Shown here one piece after another: positions 40,327 through 50,060 of a stretch of DNA of 64,000 bases. The notes under the pieces are model-generated. The model was given only the letters and a program-made list of their open reading frames with translations, searched no databases and was not told where the DNA came from. Numbering within the stretch: the stretch's first letter is position 1; each line of letters opens with the position of its first letter. Made by a program: the position numbers and the translations under genes. Source of the stretch: Candidatus Omnitrophota bacterium (lineage in GTDB: Bacteria; Omnitrophota; Gorgyraeia; Gygaellales; Profunditerraquicolaceae); the NCBI GenBank assembly GCA_030650425.1, contig JAUSED010000008.1:68554-132553 (forward strand), read 5' to 3'.

Positions 40327-41055
40327 GTGAAGCCGTTAACTGTAGCGATTATTCAGGCGCGTAATGGTTCAACGCGCCTTCCTGGCAAGGTAATGCGCTG
40401 TGTGAATGAGCGCCCGATGGTTATCTGGGTTGTGGACCGTGTTCGAGCAGCTACTTTAGTTGATGAAGTGGTTGTGGCGACAACAGTTGATGCGCAAGAT
40501 GACGCTATGGCCGAGATGCTTTCTGATTCCGGAGTTAGGGTTCTGCGTGGTTCGACGCATGATGTTCTGGATCGGTATTATGTTGCGGCCCGCCAGGTTA
40601 GCGTAGAGAATATTGTTCGGATCACCGCGGATTGCCCTTTGATTGACGCGAGGGTCATCGACGATGTGGTGGGTCTTTTTTTAAAAAGCGGATCTGATTA
40701 TACATGCAATATCATGTCCAGGACTTATCCCGATGGGCAGGATGTGGAGGTTTTTTCTTTCGGTTCTCTGGAGCGGGCCTGGCAAGAAGCTAAAACACCA
40801 AGAGAGCGCGAGCATGTGACGATTTATTTCAGAGAGCATCCGGAGTTCTTTAAGATATCAAATTTGAAGTATGAGCATGAGTGGGGGCATATGCGTTGGA
40901 CGCTTGATTATGCGGAAGATTTTGCTATGATTGAAGAGGTCTTTAGGGCCTTTAAAGGCAGGGAATTAGAAGTTTCTATGGAGGAAATCGCGGCGTTTCT
41001 GCAGAAGAATCCGCAGGTCTGTGCTTTAAACCGTAAATATGCGGTGCAGGGTTGA
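40327..41055 (+). CDS. SpsF-type cytidylyltransferase (putative CMP-nonulosonate synthetase)
   Basis: IIQARNGSTRLPGKV, DVLDRY, RITADCP, REHVT and RWTLDYAED motifs. Confidence 0.88.
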   Translation: MKPLTVAIIQARNGSTRLPGKVMRCVNERPMVIWVVDRVRAATLVDEVVVATTVDAQDDAMAEMLSDSGVRVLRGSTHDVLDRYYVAARQVSVENIVRITADCPLIDARVIDDVVGLFLKSGSDYTCNIMSRTYPDGQDVEVFSFGSLERAWQEAKTPREREHVTIYFREHPEFFKISNLKYEHEWGHMRWTLDYAEDFAMIEEVFRAFKGRELEVSMEEIAAFLQKNPQVCALNRKYAVQG

Positions 41056-42047
41056 TGAAAGTTGCTATTTTGACTGAGGGCGGGAGAGCAAGAGGGCTTG
41101 GGCACGTGGTTCGTTGCCTTTCTTTACGGTTTGCTTTTTTGGAGTCTGGAGCGGAATGCGAGATGTTCATTGATGGGGACGATGCCTTGGGCAGCGTTAT
41201 GTCCGGCGCGCCTTGGCGTTGCTTGCATTGGGTAAGTGACGCGGAGATAATACGCGCTGTTGTTGGCGCCGCGGACATAGTTGTCATTGATTCCTATCTT
41301 GCTGCCCAGAATGTTTATGATGTAGTAGCGGAGAGTAAAAAATTAGCGATGTTTTTTGATGATACGCGCCGGCTGTTATATCCTTGCGGGTATGTGGTTA
41401 ACGCAAGTGCCGAATCTACAGGAACCGGATATCCGCCGCGGCAGGGTGTCAAATATTGCTTGGGGCCAGATTACATTTGTTTACGTCGTGAATTCTGGGA
41501 TCTTACTCCTTTCTTAGTTAGGCCGGATATTAAAAGGGTTTTCTTATCTTTTGGTGCGGTTGACAGTAAGAATATTCTTGGTCGCGTTTTAGGCGCATGC
41601 GTGAGCGCGCGCCCTGATTTGACATATCTGGCTGTGGTTGGGCCGGCGACCAGGAAAGGTCTTTCGTTATTGGAGGCCTACGAAAATGTTCAGTCAGTAG
41701 AATTTCTAAGAGATGTTTCGGTTAATAGGCTTATTAGCGCGATGCAAAGCGTTGATGTTGCGGTGAGTTCTTGCGGGCAGACTATTTATGAACTGGCTAA
41801 AACAGGTGTGCCATCTGTAACGGTGAGAGCCCATGAAAATCAGTACCTGACTTGGCAGATGATGGTAAGTTCAGGCGCTGTATGTGATGGCGGGGCTGTC
41901 AATGAAACACTGGAAGGCAGAGTGTTAGCAGCTCTGCAGGCAATGCAGGCCCCATCACTTAGGCAAGTCTGTCAAGATTCAGGTTGCCGCTTAGTAGACG
42001 GCCAAGGCGCTCGCCGTATCGTGAGCATACTTTTAAAAGGGAAGTAA
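41055..42047 (+). CDS. pseG: PseG/SpsG-like UDP-sugar hydrolase
   Basis: GLGHVVRC, IDSY, FDD, G.DY..LR.EF, GQTIYEL and VDGQGARR motifs. Confidence 0.78.
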   Translation: MKVAILTEGGRARGLGHVVRCLSLRFAFLESGAECEMFIDGDDALGSVMSGAPWRCLHWVSDAEIIRAVVGAADIVVIDSYLAAQNVYDVVAESKKLAMFFDDTRRLLYPCGYVVNASAESTGTGYPPRQGVKYCLGPDYICLRREFWDLTPFLVRPDIKRVFLSFGAVDSKNILGRVLGACVSARPDLTYLAVVGPATRKGLSLLEAYENVQSVEFLRDVSVNRLISAMQSVDVAVSSCGQTIYELAKTGVPSVTVRAHENQYLTWQMMVSSGAVCDGGAVNETLEGRVLAALQAMQAPSLRQVCQDSGCRLVDGQGARRIVSILLKGK

Positions 42048-42048
42048 T

Positions 42049-43083
42049 ATGGAGCAAGGACCTTTCATTACGATTAACGGGCATCAGGTCGGGCCAGATT
42101 TTCCCGTCTATATCATCGCGGAAATAGGAATCAACCATAACGGTTGTCTTTCGACGGCGCTTGAGATGGTGCGTGTTGCCAAATCGGCAGGGGCGGATGC
42201 TGTTAAAGTTCAGATTCTTACCGCGGATCGTTGTTACAGCCGGAATAGCCCTTCTTATGCTATTTTTAAGAAAGCGGAGCTAACACATGACGATTGGCGT
42301 CTTGTGTTTAAAGAGGCTCAGTTGATCGGAATTGATTGTTTTGCGACATTCGTTGATGTCGCGGACCTGAAGGATTTTTCTGATCTCGTTAAGCCTGCAG
42401 TGAAGATTTCATCCAGCTGTATCACAAATATGCCTTTGTTGGAATATGTGGCAAAGTTAGGTGTGCCGGTCTTGGTCTCTAGCGGAATGAGCGATTTGGA
42501 GGAGGTACGGGAGGCGGTGCGGGTGTTACGCGCGGGCGGACAAAAGGATATCGCGCTTTTTCATTGTACATCGCTTTATCCTGCTCCTATTGAGGCATTG
42601 AATTTACGGGCGATCAGAACCATTGCTAGTGAATTTTCGGATATTCCTGTGGGATATTCTGATCATTCCGCAGGGATAATGGCCTCTGTTCTGTCGGTCG
42701 CGCTTGGTAGCGTTTTGGTCGAGAAACATTTTACTTTGAATAAACAGATGGAAGGCCCTGACCATCATTTTTCAGCTGATCCACAAGAGATGATTGAATT
42801 AGTGACAGCAATTCGTTCGGCTGCGGCAGCATTGGGCCGTGCAGAGAAGGCGCCTGATTCCCAAGAGGTTGCTGCGCGTGGCCACTTGCGCAGGACCATT
42901 GTCGCTTTGCGGGATATTTCAGCTGGAGAGGCCCTTACGCCAGAAAATACGGGATTGAAAAGGTGTGGCTCTATAGGGCTGGCGCCCGGAGAATTAGCAA
43001 ATGTTCTTGGGCGTGTTTTACGCTCTTCTATCAAAAGGGATGACCCGATCACTGAGCGTTTATTCTTGGAGAGTAGTGTATGA
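42049..43083 (+). CDS. Nonulosonic acid synthase (NeuB/PseI/SpsE family) with a SAF domain
   Basis: IIAEIGINHNG, ADAVK, HCTSLYP, GYSDHS, EKHFTL and GPDH motifs. Confidence 0.92.
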   Translation: MEQGPFITINGHQVGPDFPVYIIAEIGINHNGCLSTALEMVRVAKSAGADAVKVQILTADRCYSRNSPSYAIFKKAELTHDDWRLVFKEAQLIGIDCFATFVDVADLKDFSDLVKPAVKISSSCITNMPLLEYVAKLGVPVLVSSGMSDLEEVREAVRVLRAGGQKDIALFHCTSLYPAPIEALNLRAIRTIASEFSDIPVGYSDHSAGIMASVLSVALGSVLVEKHFTLNKQMEGPDHHFSADPQEMIELVTAIRSAAAALGRAEKAPDSQEVAARGHLRRTIVALRDISAGEALTPENTGLKRCGSIGLAPGELANVLGRVLRSSIKRDDPITERLFLESSV

Positions 43084-44090
43084 AAAAGAAGGTGCTGCTT
43101 ACTTCTTTCGGGGGCGTGTGGTCACTGGCTTTTTATGAGGATTTTTTGAAACGCGGAGATTACCGGGTTTTTTTTGCAGACGTTGATTCGCGCGCCCGCG
43201 CGCGATGTTTTGTGAAGGATTTTTTAACCCTTTTATCTCCCGGTGATCCGCATTACGTTGATGACCTCTTTGCTATTTGCCGCCGTAACGATATTCGATT
43301 TGTTATTCCCGGGGCAGACGAAGAGGCATTAAGGCTTATGCCGGAGCGCGCTCGTTTTGAACGTGCTGGCATTCTTCTGGCTGTTCAAGATATGGAGACG
43401 GCTTTGTGTTTTTCGTCTAAGTCAAGGATGTACGATTTTCTGCGGAAAAAGGGATTTCCTGTGCCATTCTATAAACGTTTCAAGACGAAACAGGGGTTTG
43501 AAGATGCTCTCTTGTCAGCAGAATATCCTGCGCGGCCTCTATTAATAAAGCCTGATAACGGACGAGGGGGCCGGGGGGTAATTTTGTTGTCGCAGCGGGC
43601 ATTTCCAAATAAAGATCAGTTGCAAATAATGGATAGTGCAGCGTTTCGTCAAATGATTGATGATGAACAGGAATATATACTCATGGATTACTTTGAGGCG
43701 GATACGTATGATATGGATGTATTGACTTACGAAGACGGCAGCGTATTTTTTGGGCTGCGTAAAAGATTTGCCAATGTATCTAAGGTTTTTATGGGTAATA
43801 TATTTGAAAGGCATGAACGGATTGAGGAGCTCTGCCGGAAACTTTATAACGTGTTACCGACACGCTACCTTATTGATTACGATATCATTGTTCCTGAGGG
43901 CCGGGAGCCTTTTTTGATGGAAGTCAATCCTAGGCCTAGCGGTAGCACGATATCCTATCTTCCTTTTGGGTATAATTTATATCATATTTTAATGCAGACA
44001 TACTTAGATAAAAAAAAGACAGTGCCGGATGGGTCGTATATCGGTAGGACAGCGCATGCGTTCCATCGTGTTTTGAAGGATGCGAGGTAA
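43080..44090 (+). CDS. ATP-grasp domain protein (amide ligase candidate)
   Basis: PGADEE, IKPDNGRGGRG and EVNPRPSG motifs. Confidence 0.85.
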   Translation: MKKKVLLTSFGGVWSLAFYEDFLKRGDYRVFFADVDSRARARCFVKDFLTLLSPGDPHYVDDLFAICRRNDIRFVIPGADEEALRLMPERARFERAGILLAVQDMETALCFSSKSRMYDFLRKKGFPVPFYKRFKTKQGFEDALLSAEYPARPLLIKPDNGRGGRGVILLSQRAFPNKDQLQIMDSAAFRQMIDDEQEYILMDYFEADTYDMDVLTYEDGSVFFGLRKRFANVSKVFMGNIFERHERIEELCRKLYNVLPTRYLIDYDIIVPEGREPFLMEVNPRPSGSTISYLPFGYNLYHILMQTYLDKKKTVPDGSYIGRTAHAFHRVLKDAR

Positions 44091-44096
44091 GTAAGT

Positions 44097-44837
44097 ATGG
44101 CTGAACAAATTCTGATTGTAGCAGCTCATCCGGATGATGAAGTGATAGGTTGCGGGGGAGCGATCGCTTGGCATTCCGCACGTGGAGATTATGTTCGGAT
44201 GATAATTATGGCGGATGGCGTAACATCAAGAAGCTACAATCCCGATATTCCGGTGCCTCGCGCAGAGGAGTTGTTGGTTTATCAGCAGGCTATTGAGCGT
44301 CGTAAAACCGAGTGCCGGGACGCGGCATCCCTTCTCGGCGTCAAGAAAAACGCTGTTTATTTCTTAGATCTGGCGGATCAACGTTTGGATACATATCCGT
44401 TTCTTGATTTGGTAAAACATATCGAGAAGGTCAAGGGGATTTTTTCTCCGACGCTGGTTTACACACATTTTTTCGGCGATCTTAATTTGGACCATCGTTT
44501 GACTGCTCAGGCTGTGTTGACCGCGTTCCGTCCGCGATTAGGAACTACTGCGGCAGTGAAGCTTTTTGAGGTCTATGAGACAACAAGAATTTCTAATCAG
44601 GCAGGTTATGGTGATTTTGTTCCGGATTATTTATTGGATATTTCGCCGTTTTGGGAGCTTAAGCAGAAGGCTCTTAGTGTTTATGTGAGTGAGAGTTGCA
44701 AGTATCCTCATTTCCGTTCTGTCCAGGCCTTGAGGGAACGGGCTGCTTTTTGGGGGGAGCGATCCGGCGTAAAATATGGAGAGGCTTTTTTGACCCGTTA
44801 CGCAGCTAGTGAGGAAATAGCTTATGGGAAAAGGTAA
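44097..44837 (+). CDS. PIG-L family deacetylase
   Basis: AAHPDDEVIGCGG and DLNLDH motifs. Confidence 0.92.
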   Translation: MAEQILIVAAHPDDEVIGCGGAIAWHSARGDYVRMIIMADGVTSRSYNPDIPVPRAEELLVYQQAIERRKTECRDAASLLGVKKNAVYFLDLADQRLDTYPFLDLVKHIEKVKGIFSPTLVYTHFFGDLNLDHRLTAQAVLTAFRPRLGTTAAVKLFEVYETTRISNQAGYGDFVPDYLLDISPFWELKQKALSVYVSESCKYPHFRSVQALRERAAFWGERSGVKYGEAFLTRYAASEEIAYGKR

Positions 44838-45327
44838 GGTGTCTTTAACAGGCGCGATAGGAGGCGGTGTACGTTTAAGGCCGGCTCGGGAAAGTGACGC
44901 GGAGTTTCTTTTTAAGCTGCGTAACGATCCTGAGGTTAGGCGCAGCGCCTTTAATGAGAAGCCCCTTGTATGGGAGGAGCATTTAAGTTGGATGGCAAAT
45001 AAATTGGCATCGCATAAGACAACCATCTTCATTGCCGAAGTGGAGGGGCAGCCTGCGGGCCAGGTGCGTTTCGATCTCGAAGAAGAGGGGGCGGTTGTGG
45101 ATATTACTTTAGCGCAACATCTGCGTGGTCGCGGGCTCGGGACGATTCTTCTGGAGCAAGGGGTCGGTCATTTTATTACGATGATGCCGGGAGTTAGTAT
45201 TGTGGCTTATGTGAAGAAAGAAAACACCCCGTCGTTGAGATGCTTTAAGAAGGCGGGATTCAGGGATGAGGGGGCTGTTATTATTCAGGGAACATCTTGT
45301 CACCGGATGCTTTTTTTATCTGATTAA
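44824..45327 (+). CDS. PseH-like GNAT N-acetyltransferase
   Basis: RNDPEVRR, WEEHLSW, GQVRFD, RGRGLG and NTPSLRCFKKAGF motifs. Confidence 0.82.
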   Translation: MGKGKVSLTGAIGGGVRLRPARESDAEFLFKLRNDPEVRRSAFNEKPLVWEEHLSWMANKLASHKTTIFIAEVEGQPAGQVRFDLEEEGAVVDITLAQHLRGRGLGTILLEQGVGHFITMMPGVSIVAYVKKENTPSLRCFKKAGFRDEGAVIIQGTSCHRMLFLSD

Positions 45328-45363
45328 ACGGTTTTATTTAGTTGTAATAGGTTGGTGTCAAAA

Positions 45364-47031
45364 ATGAAAAAAAAGAATATTTTATTCGTCCATCTTCCTT
45401 CTTTGTCTGTTAAGTACATTGTTGAATCAATGAAGACGAAGAGTACTCAGGAGGTAAACTTAAGTTTTCCGCTGGGAATCTTGTATCTTTCATCGTATTT
45501 AAGAGCCAGCTGCGGTGCGGTCGGACGGGTAGCCATGCTTGATTATCCGTTGTATGTAAGGCAGGGCATCTCGAAGTATGAGTCGATTGAGGATTTTATC
45601 CTGAAAGAAGCGCAAAAACATATCGATTTTAAACCGGACATTATTGCATTTTCTCTTATGTTTTCTGCTTCCCATCAATTTTTCAAAATAGCAGCGCAAA
45701 CATTGAAATCGCTCTATCCTAATTCGATAAGCGTTGTTGGGGGAATCCACGCGACAAATATTTCTGATTTTCTACTTGATCAGAATTGTGCGGATTACGT
45801 GATCCGCGGCGAAGGAGAAGAAGCTTTTTCAAAAATGGTGGAATTATTAGCGCAGAACTTGCCTATAGACCTGGAAGGCGTTTACTCAAAAGCCAGCCAT
45901 AGCCTGCCTGTGCGGGATAAGATGACAGGATTTATTCAGGATCTGGACTCCTTGCCTTTCCCTGATTGGTCATTGTTGGAAATGGACAATTATTTGCTTT
46001 CAGACCAGAGGCGGTATACTGATAAAATTCTAGATAAACGCATGGCCACACTCATAACAACTCGTGGTTGTCCTTATAGGTGCAGTTTTTGTTCGGCGCA
46101 TACGGTCCATGGCAGGGTGATGAGATATCGTTCCATAGAGGATATTATAGAGGAGATAAAAACCCTGTATGAGCGTTATGGCGTGAATATTTTTGTGCCC
46201 TTCGATGATCTCTTTACCGCGAAAAAAGAACGGGCTTTATCGCTGTTGAGAAACATAAAAGCTCTTAATATCCCTCGTATGGAGGTGCAGTTCCCCAACG
46301 CACTGCACGTGAATACTTTGGATAACGACATTTTGGATTTGATGATTGAATGCGGAGTTAAGGTATTTAATCTGGCCATTGAGACGGGCACAGAGTACAT
46401 GCAGAAGAAGATTAATAAGCATTGCGATCTCAATAAAGCGCGAATGATTATCGATTATTGCCGAAAAAAAGGGATGATGGTCCGCTGCAATTTCATTCTT
46501 GGTTTTCCCGGGGAAACCAAGGAAATGATGAGCGAAAGCACGCGGTATATGAAAACTATCAGGCCGGATTGGTATAATTTATATATGGCCACACCCCTCA
46601 TCGGCACAGAGATGTATGATCAATTCGTGGAAAAAGGATATATCGTAGATTGTGAGGATACCTGGAATCAGGCTTTGGTTCAGAACCGAGCTTTTGACAC
46701 AGACGAAATTTCAGCAGTTGATTTGAAACGTTTTATTGACCGAACAAATATCGAGTTGAATTTTTTAAATAATAACAATTATCTGGAAGGAAAGTTTGAT
46801 CGGGCAACTTTATTATTTTATGATATTGTTAAACATTACCCGTTTCAAATATTCTCTTATTACGGGTTGTATCTTTCGTACAGAGGAAAAAAAGATTATG
46901 CGGGCGCAGACGGTTTCTTGAAGAAGATGGAAGATGTTATTGTCTCGGATCACCGCGCGGCCGAACTTTATAATAAGTACAATGATTTATTCCCCGAAAA
47001 CATTATAAACAGAATTGGGAGGTTCGTATGA
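45364..47031 (+). CDS. B12-binding radical SAM enzyme
   Basis: PLGILYL, GGIHAT, GEGE, RGCPYRCSFC and GFPGET motifs; alternative TTG start at 45352. Confidence 0.9.
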   Translation: MKKKNILFVHLPSLSVKYIVESMKTKSTQEVNLSFPLGILYLSSYLRASCGAVGRVAMLDYPLYVRQGISKYESIEDFILKEAQKHIDFKPDIIAFSLMFSASHQFFKIAAQTLKSLYPNSISVVGGIHATNISDFLLDQNCADYVIRGEGEEAFSKMVELLAQNLPIDLEGVYSKASHSLPVRDKMTGFIQDLDSLPFPDWSLLEMDNYLLSDQRRYTDKILDKRMATLITTRGCPYRCSFCSAHTVHGRVMRYRSIEDIIEEIKTLYERYGVNIFVPFDDLFTAKKERALSLLRNIKALNIPRMEVQFPNALHVNTLDNDILDLMIECGVKVFNLAIETGTEYMQKKINKHCDLNKARMIIDYCRKKGMMVRCNFILGFPGETKEMMSESTRYMKTIRPDWYNLYMATPLIGTEMYDQFVEKGYIVDCEDTWNQALVQNRAFDTDEISAVDLKRFIDRTNIELNFLNNNNYLEGKFDRATLLFYDIVKHYPFQIFSYYGLYLSYRGKKDYAGADGFLKKMEDVIVSDHRAAELYNKYNDLFPENIINRIGRFV

Positions 47032-48119
47032 AAACATCTGGGTTTACGGAGAAACTATACGGTGGATTCCAATTTAAATATTCGATTGATAGCCTTCCGC
47101 TACCGGATGGGTTCATCCGTTATCACCAGGATAATTTCTCTAGATATTTTCTATTACCCAAAGAAGAATTTAAGGGCAAGGCTATACTGGAGACTGGCTG
47201 CGGGCCGGGAAAGCACGCTGTGGCGTTGGCATTGCTGGGCGCACAGGTTACAGCAGTGGATCTGTCGGATGACAATGTTGAGAGAGGCAGGAGATTAATA
47301 GAATATTACAAATTCTCGAATCTTAACTTCTTAAAGCATGATCTCATGCAGCCTCTTTTACTGGAAGCTAATTTTGATCTGATAAGCATTCATAATTGGA
47401 TTCAGCATTCGTTAAATCCGGGGCTTGTCTTGAAGAACTTGACGGCTTTGCTAAAGCCGGGAGGAAGATGCTATATCAGTTGCTATCATGCTAATACATT
47501 CAGATTTTTCATCACCCAGATCGCGCGCTCATTGCTTATTCCCGGAGATTTTGAACAAATGCAGCAATTGGTTATGTTCGTTTTCCCCAGCGGATTCCGG
47601 GGATTTTCCAACCCCGATGATATATATTTTGAGAATATCTTTGATGATTTTCTTGTGCCGTATTGCCATACAACGACATATCCGATGCTTCTGTCCGTTA
47701 TGCAGGGGCTGGGGTACAGGGCTATTACGCAGGCCCCCGAGATAGGGGAGATATACGGCTACGATAATATTGCTTTGCGCATGGGCTTTGAGAAACAGGG
47801 CAATGTTAAGGTTAGTGATAAGGTGGCTTTTGATTGTTCAGTTGACGAATTTGACCGCGGATGCCCGGATATAGTTAAAGAGTCTATAAAATTGGCTGAA
47901 GAGGTCATCGCTTCTGTGAAGAAAGAAGGCGACCGAGAAAAAATCATGTTTTTTTGCTTAGGACTCTATCGGTTGAGAGCCGAAACTTGCGCAGAGAATA
48001 ATATGGGGCTAAAACACGGCTTGTTGCAGCAATACTTGAATATGGTGCTTTCAGGTAACATTAAGGCACACTCTGTTTTTTACGAAATGAAAGATTTTTA
48101 TGCAACCCCACAAGGATAA
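47028..48119 (+). CDS. Class I SAM-dependent methyltransferase
   Basis: ILETGCGPG, AVDLS and LLKPGG motifs. Confidence 0.85.
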   Translation: MKTSGFTEKLYGGFQFKYSIDSLPLPDGFIRYHQDNFSRYFLLPKEEFKGKAILETGCGPGKHAVALALLGAQVTAVDLSDDNVERGRRLIEYYKFSNLNFLKHDLMQPLLLEANFDLISIHNWIQHSLNPGLVLKNLTALLKPGGRCYISCYHANTFRFFITQIARSLLIPGDFEQMQQLVMFVFPSGFRGFSNPDDIYFENIFDDFLVPYCHTTTYPMLLSVMQGLGYRAITQAPEIGEIYGYDNIALRMGFEKQGNVKVSDKVAFDCSVDEFDRGCPDIVKESIKLAEEVIASVKKEGDREKIMFFCLGLYRLRAETCAENNMGLKHGLLQQYLNMVLSGNIKAHSVFYEMKDFYATPQG

Positions 48120-48122
48120 CTT

Positions 48123-50060
48123 ATGTGCGGTATAGCGGCAATCTTTAGCCTTGATGGAACTCCGGTTAAGGATGCGCGGTTAAGGGCCGAACGGATGAAA
48201 AAATTGCTTTATCATCGCGGTCCGGATAGCTGCGGTGTTTATGTTTCTCCTGACGGCGCCTGCGCCCTTGCGGTAACGCGCTTGGCTATAGTTGAACCCG
48301 GAAATACCCTTTCTCAGCCGTTGGCTACGGCCGACGGCAAGTGCGTGCTGGCGTTTAACGGGGAAATATATAACTATCTTGAAATGCGGCAATATCTGCA
48401 GTCGCGCGGGGTGCGCCTGCGGACCAAAATGGATACCGAGATTTTGCTTGAAGGGCTGCGTTTGGAAGGAGAGTCTTTCCTTGAGCGGCTTGACGGGATG
48501 TGGGCATTTGCTTTTTATAATGCGGCGGACAGGTCGCTTCTCTTAAGCCGCGATGTGCTGGGAGAGCGGCATCTGTTTTATCGTGTGGAGGGCAATGAAC
48601 TTATCTTTGCTTCCGAAGTAAAACCATTGCTTGCGGACTCATCGTTAACATTCAAGCTTGATTTTGAAAGCTTTTTGACTTCGTTGCAATATTTTGCTCC
48701 AGCTCCCGGCAAAACCATGGTGCGGGGTATCGAAAGGCTGCGGCCAGGTTATAATATTCAACTTAAGCAGAATGTTCCACCGAGGTTTTATTTACATCGC
48801 AAGCTGCATCCTGAGAAGTGGTTTGGCTTTTTTGATAAGGAGCCTTCTTTTCAAGAGGTTACCTCTCGTTTTGAAGACCTTTTTTTATCAGTTTGCAAGC
48901 GGCGTTTCCCGCGAGAGGTCCCGTTTATGTCCACATTAAGCGGCGGGATTGATAGCACGGCGATATGTATATTTCTCAGTGAATATGGAAAAGTGCCTGT
49001 TCGGACTCTTTTTGGAGAAGGGCCGCGTAAGCAGAATTATGCATCTGGAGAAATGACCGAATATGAGGCCAGCCTTTTTACTTCTCGTAAACTAGGGACT
49101 TCTCATAGTTATATAAATTTTGATTGTTCTGAATATGTGGATGTCTTAATCCATCTTGCGGGTAACGCTTTTGACGGGATTTATGATAACGGTACGGCAA
49201 TGTATGAGATGTTAGCGCGGCATGCCCATAAGAACGGCGCCAAGGTGCTGCTTTTTGCCGAAGGCCCAGACGAGTTTTTGGGTTATCCGAAAGATCTTCG
49301 CGCGTACACAGCAGATAGGCTTTATCATCGCAACAAGATTTTTTTTAAGATTATGCATTTTTTGTCGTCTCATACATCAGGCCGGCGTTTGCTAGAGAAA
49401 ACTGGATTTGCTCAGGCTATTATCCCAAACGGAATTTCGTATAAGCCTTTCCGGTTTTCTCCTATTAATAAAAGCTGGGGGCGCGCGGATATGCTTAAGC
49501 TTGTGAGCCATTCTCAATTTAATCTGGTCCGGGATCATTATGGCGTGGCAGCGCCTCAATATGATGATATCAGGCATAGGCTTGACTTTGCACAAATGCG
49601 AGCGTTGTCATACGCGGCTTTTAGCCTGCCTGATATGTATAATTTGAGAATAGATAAAGGGAATATGAATACCTCCGTAGAGGCGCGTCTTCCTTACCAG
49701 GCGCCGGAAATGGTGGAGTTTTTAGTAGCGCTTCCTTCTGTTTATCGGTTTGGCAAGGGGGTGACGACAAAATATATTCTTCGCGAGGTTGTTCGTAAGC
49801 ATATTGGTCCAGAGATCGCGTACCGTAAAAAAAGGGGGTTTGCTTTACCTCTTTGGGATCTTCCTCATATTTATAAAGCAATGGGTTATGATGAGATTTT
49901 ACGCGCTACTCCGGTATTTGAAGAATATTCATTTTCTAAGGGATTGAGGGAATTTATCTTGCGCGAAGAAAATAAGAGTTTTGTCTGGCCGTTCTATGCC
50001 TTGGCCAGGGTTCATGAACAGCTGGAAAAAAAATTGTACCTTAAGAATATTGATGGCTAA
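48123..50060 (+). CDS. Asparagine-synthase-like glutamine amidotransferase (probable glycan amidation)
   Basis: MCGI N-terminus; HRGPD, FNGEIYN, DGMWAF, LSGGIDS and EARLP motifs. Confidence 0.9.
   Translation: MCGIAAIFSLDGTPVKDARLRAERMKKLLYHRGPDSCGVYVSPDGACALAVTRLAIVEPGNTLSQPLATADGKCVLAFNGEIYNYLEMRQYLQSRGVRLRTKMDTEILLEGLRLEGESFLERLDGMWAFAFYNAADRSLLLSRDVLGERHLFYRVEGNELIFASEVKPLLADSSLTFKLDFESFLTSLQYFAPAPGKTMVRGIERLRPGYNIQLKQNVPPRFYLHRKLHPEKWFGFFDKEPSFQEVTSRFEDLFLSVCKRRFPREVPFMSTLSGGIDSTAICIFLSEYGKVPVRTLFGEGPRKQNYASGEMTEYEASLFTSRKLGTSHSYINFDCSEYVDVLIHLAGNAFDGIYDNGTAMYEMLARHAHKNGAKVLLFAEGPDEFLGYPKDLRAYTADRLYHRNKIFFKIMHFLSSHTSGRRLLEKTGFAQAIIPNGISYKPFRFSPINKSWGRADMLKLVSHSQFNLVRDHYGVAAPQYDDIRHRLDFAQMRALSYAAFSLPDMYNLRIDKGNMNTSVEARLPYQAPEMVEFLVALPSVYRFGKGVTTKYILREVVRKHIGPEIAYRKKRGFALPLWDLPHIYKAMGYDEILRATPVFEEYSFSKGLREFILREENKSFVWPFYALARVHEQLEKKLYLKNIDG

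Noticed and set aside
43936-43950. GCGGTAGC resembling an ops/JUMPstart element
   Set aside because: Only a partial match, inside the conserved EVNPRPSG coding motif and not in a leader
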